This document shows, in pieces, positions 11,808 to 23,041 of a DNA stretch of 64,000 nt. Under the pieces are notes generated by a model, which searched no databases, was not told the origin of the DNA, and saw only the letters and a program-made list of their open reading frames with translations. How positions within the stretch are numbered: the first letter of the stretch is position 1; each line of letters begins with the position of its first letter. Source of the stretch: an uncultured Planctomycetaceae bacterium (lineage in GTDB: Bacteria > Planctomycetota > Planctomycetia > Planctomycetales > Planctomycetaceae); the NCBI GenBank assembly GCA_963815195.1, contig CAWFGE010000014.1:1-64000 (forward strand), read 5' to 3'. The position numbers and the translations under genes are program-made.

Positions 11808-13045
11808 GGTTCTTCCTCCGGCCAAGGTTGAGCAATTTGTCCCAAAAGTCCGGTGTCGACTTTGGCATAGTAAGCGGTGGAATCCGGCGACTGATGCCGC
11901 AGCACCGAGGCAATCACCTCCAGACTGGCACCAGCACGCAGCATGCTGGTCGCAGTCGAGTGGCGAAGCAAATGCGCTCCCTTCGAGGGGGGATTGACAA
12001 TGCCCGCCCGATTTAAAGCCAGTCGGACCACATCGGAAACGGAAGCCGAAGTGGCGAGAGGACGAATCGGCGCATTCAGGCACAGAAAAACGTGGTCCGT
12101 TTCGGCGGTGGGCCGCGCATGAACGATGTAATCGATCACGGCCTCGCCCGCATCCTGAGCCAAAGGCAAACGGACCTCCCTTCGTCCTTTGCCCAGAACG
12201 CACAACGTCCCTTCTTCCCAATCGAAGTCCCCCAACCGCATCGTCTTGATGTCACCCCCACGCAGACCGAGTCGGGCCAGCAGCAAGAGAATGGCCCGGT
12301 CTCGCATTCCCTGAGGCTGGCTCCGGTCGCAGGAAGCGATCACGCGCTCAACATCCTCCTTCTCGAGATAACGGGGCAGAGCCGACAGATTCCACTCCGG
12401 CAGGACCGGCACCGCTTGGTCCAGATAGGGCCGACATCGTCCCTGAACAGCCAGAAAACGCAGGAACGCGCGGAGGGCGGTGACATACGTCTTGGCATAA
12501 CTGCGGCTCAACCCTTTGACCTGACGCAGGAGAACCTGACGGACCATAGCCGCATCGTATTGAGCCGGGTCGGAACCCAGCGCAGGAAGCAGTTCTTCGA
12601 TGAGCCGTTCGTATCGATCGAGCGTCCGGGCCTTAATGCCCCGGTGTTGCATCATCCAACTCCGAAAACCGACCAGTGGTGTCGGCAGAGCTTTGGGAGC
12701 TGGCGATGTCAGTGGAGCCCCCACCCCGATACGACTGAGGTACTCAGCGAACCGCCGCGCCCGGGCCACATAGCGCCGCGAGGGCCGTTGCCCAGGCCGA
12801 CTGCTGAAAGCACATCGGCACTTATGCCGGGCAAACAGAGACAGAGTCACTTCGCCGAGCTGGTCCATCTCCCTGTGACGCGAGTCCATCCACTGGCCCA
12901 AATGGATGGCCGATCTCATGTAGTCGCGAGTCGAGAGTTCGGTATAGCCTTGCGAAATTAACTCGGCTGCGAACCCCTCCAGATACGGCTGGGCCGAGCC
13001 GACGACTCGAATGCCAGCCAACACGTTCTTCAGATCGCTTTGCAT
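11801..13045 (-). CDS. ritA: Tyrosine recombinase, RIT first gene
   Basis: RDRAILLLLARLGLRGG, GKGRRE, HLLRHS, LRHQSPDSTAYYAK catalytic motifs. Confidence 0.9.
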   Translation of the reverse strand: MQSDLKNVLAGIRVVGSAQPYLEGFAAELISQGYTELSTRDYMRSAIHLGQWMDSRHREMDQLGEVTLSLFARHKCRCAFSSRPGQRPSRRYVARARRFAEYLSRIGVGAPLTSPAPKALPTPLVGFRSWMMQHRGIKARTLDRYERLIEELLPALGSDPAQYDAAMVRQVLLRQVKGLSRSYAKTYVTALRAFLRFLAVQGRCRPYLDQAVPVLPEWNLSALPRYLEKEDVERVIASCDRSQPQGMRDRAILLLLARLGLRGGDIKTMRLGDFDWEEGTLCVLGKGRREVRLPLAQDAGEAVIDYIVHARPTAETDHVFLCLNAPIRPLATSASVSDVVRLALNRAGIVNPPSKGAHLLRHSTATSMLRAGASLEVIASVLRHQSPDSTAYYAKVDTGLLGQIAQPWPEEEPC

Positions 13046-13204
13046 GGTGCTCTCCTTTCGCCCGCCGATCAAGGGACGTTAAAAAACACCATACAGTTAT
13101 GCGGAGTCCTCCGTCATCAACTTTCCACTGAAATAGACTTGCTCACGGACATCCCTCAAACCGAAAATCGCGGCGCTTGGCATAACTGCCGGCTCCGCAT
13201 AATT

Positions 13205-13792
13205 GCGAAAATCGGCGGGCTCGGTCGCCACCAGGATCTTCATCTGCGGCGTGATCGCGAGCATTAGTCAGTGCCTCGCAGGCTGCGTCCGATGGCCGCG
13301 ATGTCGGCGGCGCGATAACCCTTCAGATGAACCCGCCAACTTCCGACATCGTTCTTCAACTCGATCACGCATTCGGGAACCGGGCCGAGAACAGTCGGCA
13401 AGTCGCACTCGTGAACCGGAGCGAAAGCGGACGGCAACTCGACAAACGAAGAATGCTTCGCCTCGACGCGAGTTTCATCCTGCGTCTCGGCATCGACGGC
13501 CGCCGCGAGAGCACGCTTCTTAAGCAAATAGTAATCCAGTTTCAGAGTGCGAGAGGTCCGGTGCACCCCATGCTTCGCGGCCAACTTGACGGCCATTTCC
13601 CAAAGTGCTTCAGGAATCCGCGACCGAGATGCCTTCGTCCGCCGCCACGCCGCCAACCGGTCCCGCCCCCGCGCCAAATCCGCAGGCAATTCGTGCTGAT
13701 TCTGTTTCGCCATCGCCGACCTCCCAACAAGAGAAGCCAACCACGATAGCAAATCCAAAAAACCAACTCAGGCACGCTCACCGAAAGGACAC
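13205..13792 (-). mobile_element. IS66-family left arm B: tnpA-like (13264-13713) plus first 20 codons of tnpB (13264-13205)
   Basis: TnpA-like AWRRTKASRSRIPEALWEMAVKLA; TAATG-coupled TnpB MLAITPQMKILVATEPADFR, then the RIT terminus; outer end (13781 or 13792) uncertain. Confidence 0.8.
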
Positions 13793-13997
13793 GCTCGTTT
13801 GCGGGAGGAAAGCTATCCACCAAACACGGCGTGACAATTGGAAAAGGTGGGGTCGAAATCGCTCTTGGAGCACAGGCGTTTGGCGAGTATCAGACCAGTT
13901 TCCGTGGTCTACTCGATAGTGTAGGGATTACCTCTTGAGATGTCATCCGGATCCCGCGTATGCTTTGGTTTGCAAATATTTCGTGGAGGACAGGATC

Positions 13998-15007
13998 ATG
14001 CGCAGCAGAAATGCAGAGACAATTCAGGTTTCGAGGGGAGTTTTCTTTGGAATGGTCACGCTGATGTTAGCTAGCATGGCAGGTTGTGGGGAGAGTGGTG
14101 GTGATATGTCAGTGCCAGATGCCGATTCTCGGTCCACCGAAAGCCAGACGCCCTCGCCGCTTGAGTGTGGTGTCGACACGCCGATGTCAGATAGTAATTC
14201 TTCGCCTCCGCATTATTGGCTACTAATTTCTAGAACATAACAGGAAGCGAATTCCGAAGACGACAACACCGTTGCTATAGGAGGTGGGCCGATCGGAGGT
14301 ATCCTGACAGTTTATGTAAATAAAAGCCCTCTAAGACTCTATACTTTTGGCGGACACCTGATCCGTATCACAGAGTGGCTGGAAAACGGGCAGAATCAGT
14401 CGAAAGTCGAGGGGCACCACCAGGAGCGTTTATACGCGAAAGTATTAGCGATTCCCACAAAGACCATCAGTGGTCTTGTGGATTTTTCTAAAGTACGCAT
14501 CAAGAACGTCTTGGCGAAAGGCTGGTTGGAACCTAACCAAGAGAGTTTTTCGTTGACGTTCAAGGCACATCCAGCTTGGTCTGCTCAAATGCAGTCGCTT
14601 CCGGATCATGGCATCGCGCACCGGAGGATGGAGCAGCATTTGAAAGAACTGCTTAAACGGGTTGAATCCAATATTCGTGATCGCAATGGCTCAGCCGCCG
14701 CAGAAATGCTGTCGGGAGACAAAGGGGACATTCCTAGCGAGTTGCGAGGGGACCTTGATGAAACGCAAAAAGAGGAACAAACGCAATGCCCAGTTCCTCA
14801 GCCAGCGAACCTTGGAAGTGCCAAACCAGCACCAAAGAACTAAAACTCCTTTGGGGCAAAAGATCAGTGCTTGTTTATGCTGGTACTACGAAAGACGAAA
14901 TGGGTGACCCGATTCCGTATAGTTTCTTGTTTACAGTAGATGCAGAAGAGTATCACATAGATCCAATAGTTTTCGTCAGGCTAAACCACGAATGGGTTGT
15001 CTGGTAG
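13998..15007 (+). pseudogene. Putative lipoprotein, broken into several frames
   Basis: GGAGG RBS; hydrophobic stretch ending in lipobox-like MAGC; continuation in ORFs 14478-14843 and 14786-15007. Confidence 0.5.
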
Positions 15008-15089
15008 GAGCGGAGTAGGGTCCGCTGTGCGGCTCAATGAATTTGGGTGATGTCGTAATGGTGCCAAGCTGTCGACCAACGAACCCGCT

Positions 15090-15386
15090 TGATCTGATCA
15101 CCACCAGCGGCTACAATGCCGTGGGCCGCAAAACGCTCAAGCTCGATCCCCGCGGCGAGCAGATCACCTATGTGTTCGACGCCGCCGGGCGGGAAAGCGG
15201 CCGGCTGTATTCAGACGGTTCGCGGGTCACAACGACTTACGACCCGGTGGGCAACCGGCTGGTCGTCGCCGATTCTACCGGCCGCTATACGCGGACGTAT
15301 GACGCCGACAATCTGACGACCTCCGTGACCAATCCCGATACCAACCGCCTGACCTTCATTTACGATGCCTTGCGACGAAGGGAAGT
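15090..15386 (+). pseudogene. RHS/YD-repeat fragment
   Basis: YNAVGR, YVFDAAGR, TYDPVGNR, TYDADN, IYDALRR at ~21-aa period; cut by the element end at 15387. Confidence 0.85.
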
Positions 15387-15692
15387 TGTGACCGTCCAAA
15401 TTCTGGTCGCATTCGTTGCCGAATTAACGCTGTAGGGATTTTGGCTTGCTGAGCGTCGTTTTGCCGAATTGTTGCGAATTCTGGAGAGGGGGAGCGCGAT
15501 GGTTTTGGTAAGATTTGCATCTCGCGCTCTGGATTGTTGGTCGCGGACGGAAGGTGAGCGTCGGGTGGTTCGTCGGAGCCGTCTTGGGTCTTGGACTCCG
15601 ATGGAATTGAGATTTGACTCGGTTGCTGGTGCCCGTCGAGATTCTGATCGCATTCGTTGCCGAATTAAGGCGGTAGGGATTTGCCCAGGCGG

Positions 15693-16029
15693 CTACATAT
15701 GCGCGGCGGGCGGGGTCGGATTGTTCTTTTGGGTTTGTTGATTTTGGTAACGTTGCAGCCAGGATTCCAGTAGGGCGACGGCGGAGGGGAAGCTGTAGCC
15801 GAGCTGGATCAAGAGGTCGATGTTGTTGAGGTTCTCTCCGCAGCAGAAGCAGTGGGCGAGGTTGTTGCTTGGGGTTGACGGTGGCTTTCATCTCGCCGCA
15901 GTTTGGGCAAAGGAATCGGAAGTAGCCCTCACTGTATTTGGACGGCGGAGCCTCGTTGCCGAGGGCGGCGATGGTGATCGGCATGGGCAGGTCGTTACGG
16001 ATTCGACGCAGCAAGTTCGCGGGAATCAT
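15693..16029 (-). CDS. CHC2-type (primase-like) zinc-finger protein (frameshift near 15870)
   Basis: MIPANLLRRIRND...FLCPNCGE..ATVNPK / NNLAHCFCCGENLNNIDLL after joining frames. Confidence 0.65.
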
Positions 16030-16070
16030 GGCGGGCTCCGGGGTGAGATGAGATCGACTCTCCCACACAC

Positions 16071-16639
16071 TTACACAAAAACGTCCGCAGAGTGTGCTGG
16101 AAGGCGGCGATGGGACAGTCCGAGTGGGGAAAGGCGGCTTGGAGGTGAGCCAGGACCTCCGCTGCCGCAGTCTGAGGAGGCTCGGCAGGCAGTTCAGGCG
16201 GGTCAGGCGGCTTGCCCAGTTGCCAAAGCGCCGTGCGGATCGGGCTTTGGCCGAGGTCGAATCGTTTCCAGATGCGTTGCATCTGCCGGTCGCTCAGGTG
16301 GAAGTCGACGCAGCGAATGGCCGCGCTGATGCCGTCAGCGACCACGGATTGGAGAAACGTCCACAGACCGCCGGCCGAGAGGCTCAGTCGGCGGATTTTG
16401 TCCGCGAGCCAGATGCTGAACGTCCGCCCGCACCCTTGGCGATTATTGCGGTTGCTGCAGAAAATCCGCCGGGCGCGGAGCGTCTTTTCCCGCGGGCTGG
16501 TCTCGTCATAACCACGCAGGAAGCCATGCAGAACCAGCCGCCCGGTCGCCTTGCAGTGTGGGCACGCCGTCGCCTTGAGCTTCTCGTAAATCGCGAGAAA
16601 GCCCTCTTCGTCCCGATAGAACCATCGCCCCTCGCTCAC
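16071..16639 (-). CDS. Zinc-ribbon protein of the TGT-ended element
   Basis: CPHC...LHGFLRGY...RIFCSNR...GCGRTFS; 3' end uncertain because of a poly-T run. Confidence 0.65.
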
Positions 16640-17176
16640 GTGAGCACACTCCCCGAAAGCCGACGATTCTAGCGGCCGCCGGTTCAGGGCGGGGTATGAC
16701 AAAAATGCATTTGAGCGGGGTACAAAGATCCCGGCACGGTCCGTACCGGAAGCAACGGTTTTGCCAAATTCTCCCGGGAACAAACATCAAGGAATGCGGC
16801 GACAATTCGGCAATTCTCGGCCAAAACTGCGACCAGAGCGAGGGAAAGGACACAGAACCAGCCGCCCCGTCACGTCGCAGTGCGGGCACGCCGTCGCCTT
16901 GAGCTTCTCGTAAATCGCGAGAAAGCCCTCTTCGTCCCGATAGAACCATCGCCCCTCGCTCACGTGGGCACTCTCCCCGAAGGCCGACGATTCTACCGGC
17001 CGCCGGTTCGGGGCGGGGTATGACAAAAATGCATTTGAGCGGGGTACAAAGATCCCGGCACGGCCCTTACCGGAAGTAACGGTTTTGCCAAATTCTCCCG
17101 GCAACAAATATCAACGAATGCGACGACAATTCGGCAATTCCCGGCCAAAACTGCGACCAGAGTCAGGGAAAGGACA
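16529..17176. repeat. Imperfect tandem duplication, 324-bp period
   Basis: 16529-16852 versus 16853-17176; both start CAGAACCAGCCG and end GGGAAAGGACA, with scattered substitutions. Confidence 0.9.
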
Positions 17177-17650
17177 ACCAAAGGAATCGGTCGCGATCCC
17201 GCCCTGTTGCGGGAGTCGTTGGCCCAGGCCCGCCGCGAGGCCGAAGAGACGATCAAACGGCTCGAAACCGAACGGGCGGGGCTGAAGCGACAGATTCGAC
17301 GCGACGAAACGGAGTCGGCCAAGCTGGGCACCGCTACGGACGCCCATGCCGTGGACCGCTTGGCGGATTTGCAGGACCGACAATCCAATGCGGAACGCCG
17401 GTTGACCGAGATCCACGAAGAGCTTCTGGTCCTTCGTTGCCATTTGGTGGACGAGGCCGAGGTCGAGACGGCGCTTTGGGCATTTGATCCCGTTTGGGAA
17501 TGCCTTTCCCCAAAGGAGCAGAGCCGCGTCCTGGAACTCTTGATCGAACGCGTCGAGTTCGACGGCGCGAGCAGGCAGGTTTCGATCGTGTTCCGATCCA
17601 CCGGGTTTCATGGGCTAATCCAACGCCTGGCCGAGGAGGACGACGCATGA
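17177..17650 (+). pseudogene. C-terminal part of a large serine recombinase
   Basis: DPALLRESL coiled coil, then FDPVWECLSPKEQSRVLELLIERVEFDG; 5' part removed at the element end. Confidence 0.75.
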
Positions 17651-18039
17651 AACCGAAACTTGCTTTCACCCGGAAGTTCCACGTCGAACTCAGTCAGCGC
17701 GGCCGCAAACACCTGCGGGAGCCCAAACCCGGACGCGACGTGGGCCACCGGGTGCCGCGTGTGGCGAAGCTTATGGCCCTGGCGATAAGGTTCGAGGGTT
17801 TGATTGAGGGCGGCGTGGTGGCCGACTACGCGGAACTGGTGAGTCTTGGGCACGTTACGCGAGCTCGAATCACCCAGATCGCCAATTTGCTCAATCTGGC
17901 CCCGGACATCCAAGAGGCGATTTTATTTCTGCCGGCCGTGGAGCACGGCAAAGATCCGATCACCGAGCGGGATCTGCGGCCAATCGTGGCCGTGGCGGAT
18001 TGGAAGAAGCAACGGCGGTTGTGGAGGGCGATTCGGTGA
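17647..18039 (+). CDS. HTH protein that accompanies large serine recombinases
   Basis: RVPRVAKLMALAIRF...DYAEL..LGHVTRARITQIANLLNLAPDIQEAIL; ATGA overlap with the recombinase stop. Confidence 0.8.
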   Translation: MKPKLAFTRKFHVELSQRGRKHLREPKPGRDVGHRVPRVAKLMALAIRFEGLIEGGVVADYAELVSLGHVTRARITQIANLLNLAPDIQEAILFLPAVEHGKDPITERDLRPIVAVADWKKQRRLWRAIR

Positions 18040-18074
18040 GACAACACTTCTGATGGAATTGGCTCTGTTTCCGG

Positions 18075-20479
18075 TTAGCCCAGGGCGTCGGCCAGAATTT
18101 CGGCAAGCTTTTTGATTGCGCCCTCCATTTGATCCCTCGGGATTTTGACAGCCATGTAATCCGTCAATTCAGTAAGCGTTCCGAGGCACTTCAAGGCGTC
18201 CTTCAGTTCAGTAGCCTCGTCCAGCGTTGACGTGAGGCAAGCGATTCGGCAGGCCCCGTCCATGACATCAACCTCAATGCGGCAAATCCGTTTGCCATGT
18301 CGATAGTTGAGCTCGAAGAACGGCTCTGCATCTCGTCCAATTGCAGGTTCATAGTTTCCCAATTCCAAGGGCTTCAAAGCCCCTTCTGCTTGGAGCGCGG
18401 GCAGCCGGTTCATGTAAAAGCAGTAGCTGAATAGTTCGACGTGTGCTCCATTCATTTGCGTCTTCTTTGGAAGGTACAGGTTGTCTTCCGAAAAACGAAT
18501 GATTCTACGATGGCCATACTCAAAAACCGCAGGGCACGCGATAACCGCCGATCGCCACGGCTCAATTCCTGAATCAGGAGATGCAATCACCTCCCGCAGT
18601 TGCTCTTCATAGGGACGGTTATCAGCTAAACAAGACAATAGCCTGCCAAGTTGTCTTCGCGATGTCCTTTCGGGAGCGGAATACGCGCGGAGTAATCGCT
18701 TCCAGCTGCCTTGATCTGAAGTTGCATTGATAAGCAAGGATCTGTTTTCGCTACCAATGGCGATTGTATAGTCCCCGACTGCAAGCAGCGCTCGTTCCCA
18801 AAGGTGCCCTGGCGTTGTGATCAGCCCCTTGCTATTAAACATCGCCTCCGACTTTTTAAGGTATGCCTCAAATTCTTTCTGAAAGTGCGTGTGTTGTTCG
18901 TCATCCCATTCGTTTGCTGGCTTGTCCGAAACAGCAGCCATGACCCCACTAAATTCCAAAAGAAACTGCACTTGGCCACGAAAGTAGCCATGTCGCTCTG
19001 CACGAAGGATAAATTGCCTCCACCCCGCGTGGCTTGTCATCAGACTAGCTTTTATCATCTCCTCGCGCGCTTGCTGCTTTAGATTCCCCGTCAGTTCATC
19101 AGCCCCTTTCCATACAGGCAGCATTTCTAGAATCTCACCTGAATGTGGCAGGAGTGACAATATGAGGCTCATGCCTATGGGCAGCCTTTCTTTTCGTTCG
19201 ATGTTCGAATTAACGATGAAGTTGAAGACCACTCGCATCCAATTCTCAAATATGTCGGATTCAACATTTGACTCGTGCTCTCGAATGAACAGAACATAGG
19301 CCATGAACAGCAGTGTTTCGTTGCTGTCGAGGCTCCGCGCGTCAGTCTTTATGCGCGCAACGCGACCTGTTCATCGAAATAGCCATTCGGCGACAACACC
19401 GTATAGGGCTCGTCTCCACTGCCGGAGCACCAAAATTCGAGAAGCGGAATCAGTGTGCTCGTGAAGGTCTCGTCAAGCCAGTCTCGGTCGTGAAACACCG
19501 TGTAGCTCGGAAGTGTATCGGTGAGTGTTTTGACGTCGCCGATCGCCTCTTCATCGCTAGGATCTCGTGTCACCAAGGCAACCATCCGGAACACGTTGAA
19601 CATGTTCTCATCCACAGTCGCCGCAGACTGGTGGTCCTTCGACCAAAACAGGTCGAGCCACGAAGTATCCATTCGACGAGCGACGAATTCATGAATCAGG
19701 AACGATTGATCGCCGATGCGGCGTGTTTCGCCTAAAAACTGCGCCTTCGACTCTTGCTCATACCTTGCCTTGAACGTCTCAAACGGCGTCAAAGGCATAC
19801 CGCGAGCATTCATCTTGATGTAGAGGTCGTCGGTTAGATTAAAGCTATCAAGGTCAAGCAGTTGAAATGTTATCGGTGGACGTTCTTGGTCTATCAGCCG
19901 AGCGAACAGCCCTGCAGTCCCACTGAACCGAGCGTGAATCGAAGCCAACATTTCAAGTACGGACTGGATCGTCGGATCCAACCGCCAACTCCGGAAGTAC
20001 CAGGGCTGATTGGTCAGGAAATCAATCAGGCCGCCAACGTCCTTCGTGTCTATGCCAGGAACAAAACTCACAAGTCCATCAAAGAATTCCGTGCTGCTTT
20101 GGCGAACACTATATGCGAAGCGTGATCTTCCTTCAGTCACGAATAGCTTCGCGAAATCACCGAGACAGTCATCATTCCAAGCTAAGTACCAATGAAGGAG
20201 AAACAGTGTTGTAAGACGCTGTTGCCCGTCGAGCGGCAAGAAACGTGGTTCGTCTTTGCTCCCCACAACACTTCCATAAATGAAGTCAAGGTTCATAGGA
20301 AGCGACGGATCGCTCGCGGGGAGCTTGAGCTTCTCCTCTATAGCGGCCAGAAACTCTTCTCTCACTAGGCTGGCGTTGGGCCGCCCTTGAGCATAATCTC
20401 GCTGGATCATAGGGATCCGGATATGGCAATGTCGCTCCAGAAGTTGCTTGTAGTTGTATTGATGGTGCATGTTGCTCAT
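18075..20479 (-). CDS. DUF262 (GmrS-like) protein, second of pair (frameshift near 19340)
   Basis: IPMIQRDYAQGR, LDFIYG, LDGQQRLTTL, YIKMNARG motifs; continues in ORF 18075-19304. Confidence 0.85.
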
Positions 20480-22285
20480 AGTGAGGGCTTCACCTTTCCG
20501 AGGAAGAACCCAGTCAACGTATCGGCGATTGCGTCAACGTACGCTTCTCGGTCGGACTCATTCCAAAAGAGGGCGTTGTCAACATGCCGACTGTAGCACT
20601 TCAAAAACACGTTTCTAGTACAGAGTGGCACGAATATCCCAGCCCGGTCAAGGTCTAGTAGCCGCTTGCACTTAATCGCAAAAACGGCATTCTTGTAACT
20701 GCGATTCGTTCCAGCATCCAAAAGAACCAAATTCGCGATACTATGATCTGGCTCAGGTTCGGTCTTCTCTCCGAAGTGCTTCACAAGCTCTTCATACAGG
20801 CTGTTGAACTCATCTACCAAGGATTTGGGGTTCGGCTTCGCCAAGAATGCATCTATTTTGTCTTGGAAGTCTTCATTTGACTCCTCCGATGCGAAAAAAC
20901 TCTTAACGGATTCAAGCCACTCCCGTCTCGCAGCGACCGTGTTGAGATCATCAGGAGAGACGGAGCGGATGTGTTCGATGTCCCACTCACCTCGTTTGAA
21001 GCTATCGAACTGAAAGCGAATATTTGACCGCTCATTTTCAAGAAGTGTCGCGACATTGAAGAGCAGCAGCAAAGAGCGAATTTGAGCGGACCTGCCTGGA
21101 TAGAGGAGCTTTTCCAGCTTATCGCCAACCGCCTTCTCGATGTGATCTTCAACAAAGGGGTCGACGGAGCTTCCGATTGCAGCCCGAAACGCTTCGCGTC
21201 TCAGCCGACGTTCAAACGCGTTTTTGGTACAGCCCTGTGCCAACATTGAGAGAATGTTGATTTTCTCACCCGTGTGGACGAGAAAGCCGATGACATGAAA
21301 TAGAGGTCTGTCCTCGAACCACTCTTCGAGCATGAGAAATGTTTGCTTGATGCGTTTCCATTCCGATTCTGGATCCTTGCGATCAGGTTTATTCGGACGG
21401 AGTCGCTCGTTGAAGTGATAGAAAACGCGGTATACGTCCCCCTCGCCGGACAAATCTAGACCGTCTGACTCTGCTACTAAGTCGAATAGAAAACCGATGC
21501 GGCTCTGAGACTTCCCTTCCTCGTTGCTGAGGAAGTACCAGAACGCATCATCCTGGAGGCTCTTTTCAACCATATCCCATTCGTGGGCAATTCGCATTTG
21601 GAGATCCGTCGCGTCGGACGCATTGTCCGAAGGCCTTCGTAAAAAGAGCGCGAACGAGTTCATCGTTCGTCAGCGGTATCTTGCCCACGTTCAACCGCGT
21701 GAATGCGTCGACGGGATTGTCAGCGTCGGCCAACTCGAACCAGATCACCTTGACATTTCGCCCTGCTTCGTCGTCGTTGAGGAGTCCTTGGACAAATTTG
21801 AGTTTGTGAGACCCATCCCTGCCTGCAAACCACGCCGCAACAGCCTCGTACGCCGCACAAATGTGCCAGAAATCGATGTTCTCGCCGGCCCTCCCAAGGT
21901 CGATGTCGAGTAGAAATTTCCCGCTCGACTCGGCGCGTGTTTCAAACGAAATGATGAATCGATTCTTGCCGAGTATGGAAACGATATCATTGAGGAAAGT
22001 AAGGATGATGTGGATCGTTGTCAGCCGTTGTTGGCCGTCGACAACCTCACATCGTCCGTCATCGAGCCTATTGATCACCAAAGGCTGAAGACAATAAAAA
22101 GCGGTGCGAGGTCCGCCTTCGCTGTTCTGGACGAAGTCCCAAATGTCGTCAAGTAACTGAGTGACTTGACGAGGTGTCCAGCGATACCCTCGCTGGTACG
22201 ACGGGATCCAGAATCGAGTGGGGTTGCCTTCCTCGTCGGTCAGCAAACTTGATACAGACTTGAGGCAGATGGATGATTCGCTCAT
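20476..22285 (-). CDS. DUF262 + DUF1524 (GmrSD-like) nuclease (frameshift near 21620)
   Basis: IPSYQRGYRW, VVDGQQRLTT, FTRLN; C-terminal His-Me finger DIEHI...IANLVLLDAGTN; ATGA overlap with the next gene. Confidence 0.85.
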
Positions 22286-22409
22286 GCCCTTCGCATTTTC
22301 TCGATTGAAGAATAAGCACAGTGGCGTCCCGGTTGTCGAATTGGCTGCCCGATGATCTTGAATTCTGAGCTTTTGCCGCGAATCCATAACGGCGGGCAGC
22401 GATGCCACA

Positions 22410-22623
22410 ATTATATCGCACCTTGCCCAATATCTCACGTCACGAGAGCGCGGCTGACGCAGATCATGAACCAAGGGGCGATTTTGTTTTTGTTTTGGAG
22501 CAGATTGAACGAGGCAAGGATCCGATCACCGAACGGAATCTGCGGTCGATTGTGGCCGTGGCGGATTGGAAGAAGCAGCGGCGGATGTGGCGATATTTGG
22601 AGGAGCGTTTGGAAACCGGATGA
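22410..22623 (+). pseudogene. Partial second copy of the recombinase-companion gene
   Basis: HVTRARLTQIMN and KDPITERNLRSIVAVADWKKQRRMW match 17850-18030 at DNA and protein level. Confidence 0.8.
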
Positions 22624-22635
22624 ACCCGATTTCCA

Positions 22636-22929
22636 TCAATGGCTCCGGCTCGCGGCTCGCCAGCACGCCTTGAGCCAGTCCTGTTCATCCCGATTCAACA
22701 CCAGCGACGGTGCGGTTCCGTTGATTACCTTATGAGCCGCATTCCAACCGATGTCCCCGCCGCGCAATTCGGCTTTCTTCGTGCGGTAATCGTAGGTGAA
22801 AATCCATTGTTCGCCGAACATGTTCTGGAAATAGCCGACATAGACGTTGGAATCGTCCGTGGTCACGATGGGAGGATCCCCGCAGGCGACCGCATGATTA
22901 TTGCGGATTTTGAGAAGTGGTTCCGACAT
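22636..22929 (-). CDS. Hypothetical protein (MSEPLLKIRNNHAVACGDPP...GYFQNMFGEQW)
   Basis: 97 aa ORF of protein-like composition, divergent from the DUF5131 gene. Confidence 0.7.
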   Translation of the reverse strand: MSEPLLKIRNNHAVACGDPPIVTTDDSNVYVGYFQNMFGEQWIFTYDYRTKKAELRGGDIGWNAAHKVINGTAPSLVLNRDEQDWLKACWRAASRSH

Positions 22930-23041
22930 TGCGTGGCCCCCAGAGCTTGAGTTAAAAACGCCATTGCCCAATTTTACCAAATCGAGATTCAAAATCGCGC
23001 CGGTAATCTTGCGGCCGACCCATAAATCCCGGAGATCAACG

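Larger units (their letters stand above)
9810..13204 (-). mobile_element. RIT (recombinase-in-trio) element, complete
   Basis: Three overlapping tyrosine recombinase genes; 29-bp terminal inverted repeats AATTATGCGGAG(TT/CC)GGCAGTTATGCCAAG at 9810-9838 and 13176-13204 (27/29 match). Confidence 0.95.
15387..17176 (-). mobile_element. Non-autonomous TGT...ACA-ended transposon-like element with a duplicated end
   Basis: Both ends read TGT-N13-CTGGTCGCA (15387 on +; 17176 and 16852 on -); subterminal GTCGCATTCGTTG / GCCGAATT motifs; no transposase inside. Confidence 0.7.

Noticed and set aside
9750..13264. IS66 TnpB as an RNA-guided TnpB nuclease
   Set aside because: Shared name only; IS66 TnpB is an unrelated accessory protein, and only 20 codons remain.
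15015..15035. GTAG-type REP-like palindrome GTAGGGTCCGCTGTGCGGCTC
   Set aside because: Single degenerate copy; no partner or RAYT gene seen.
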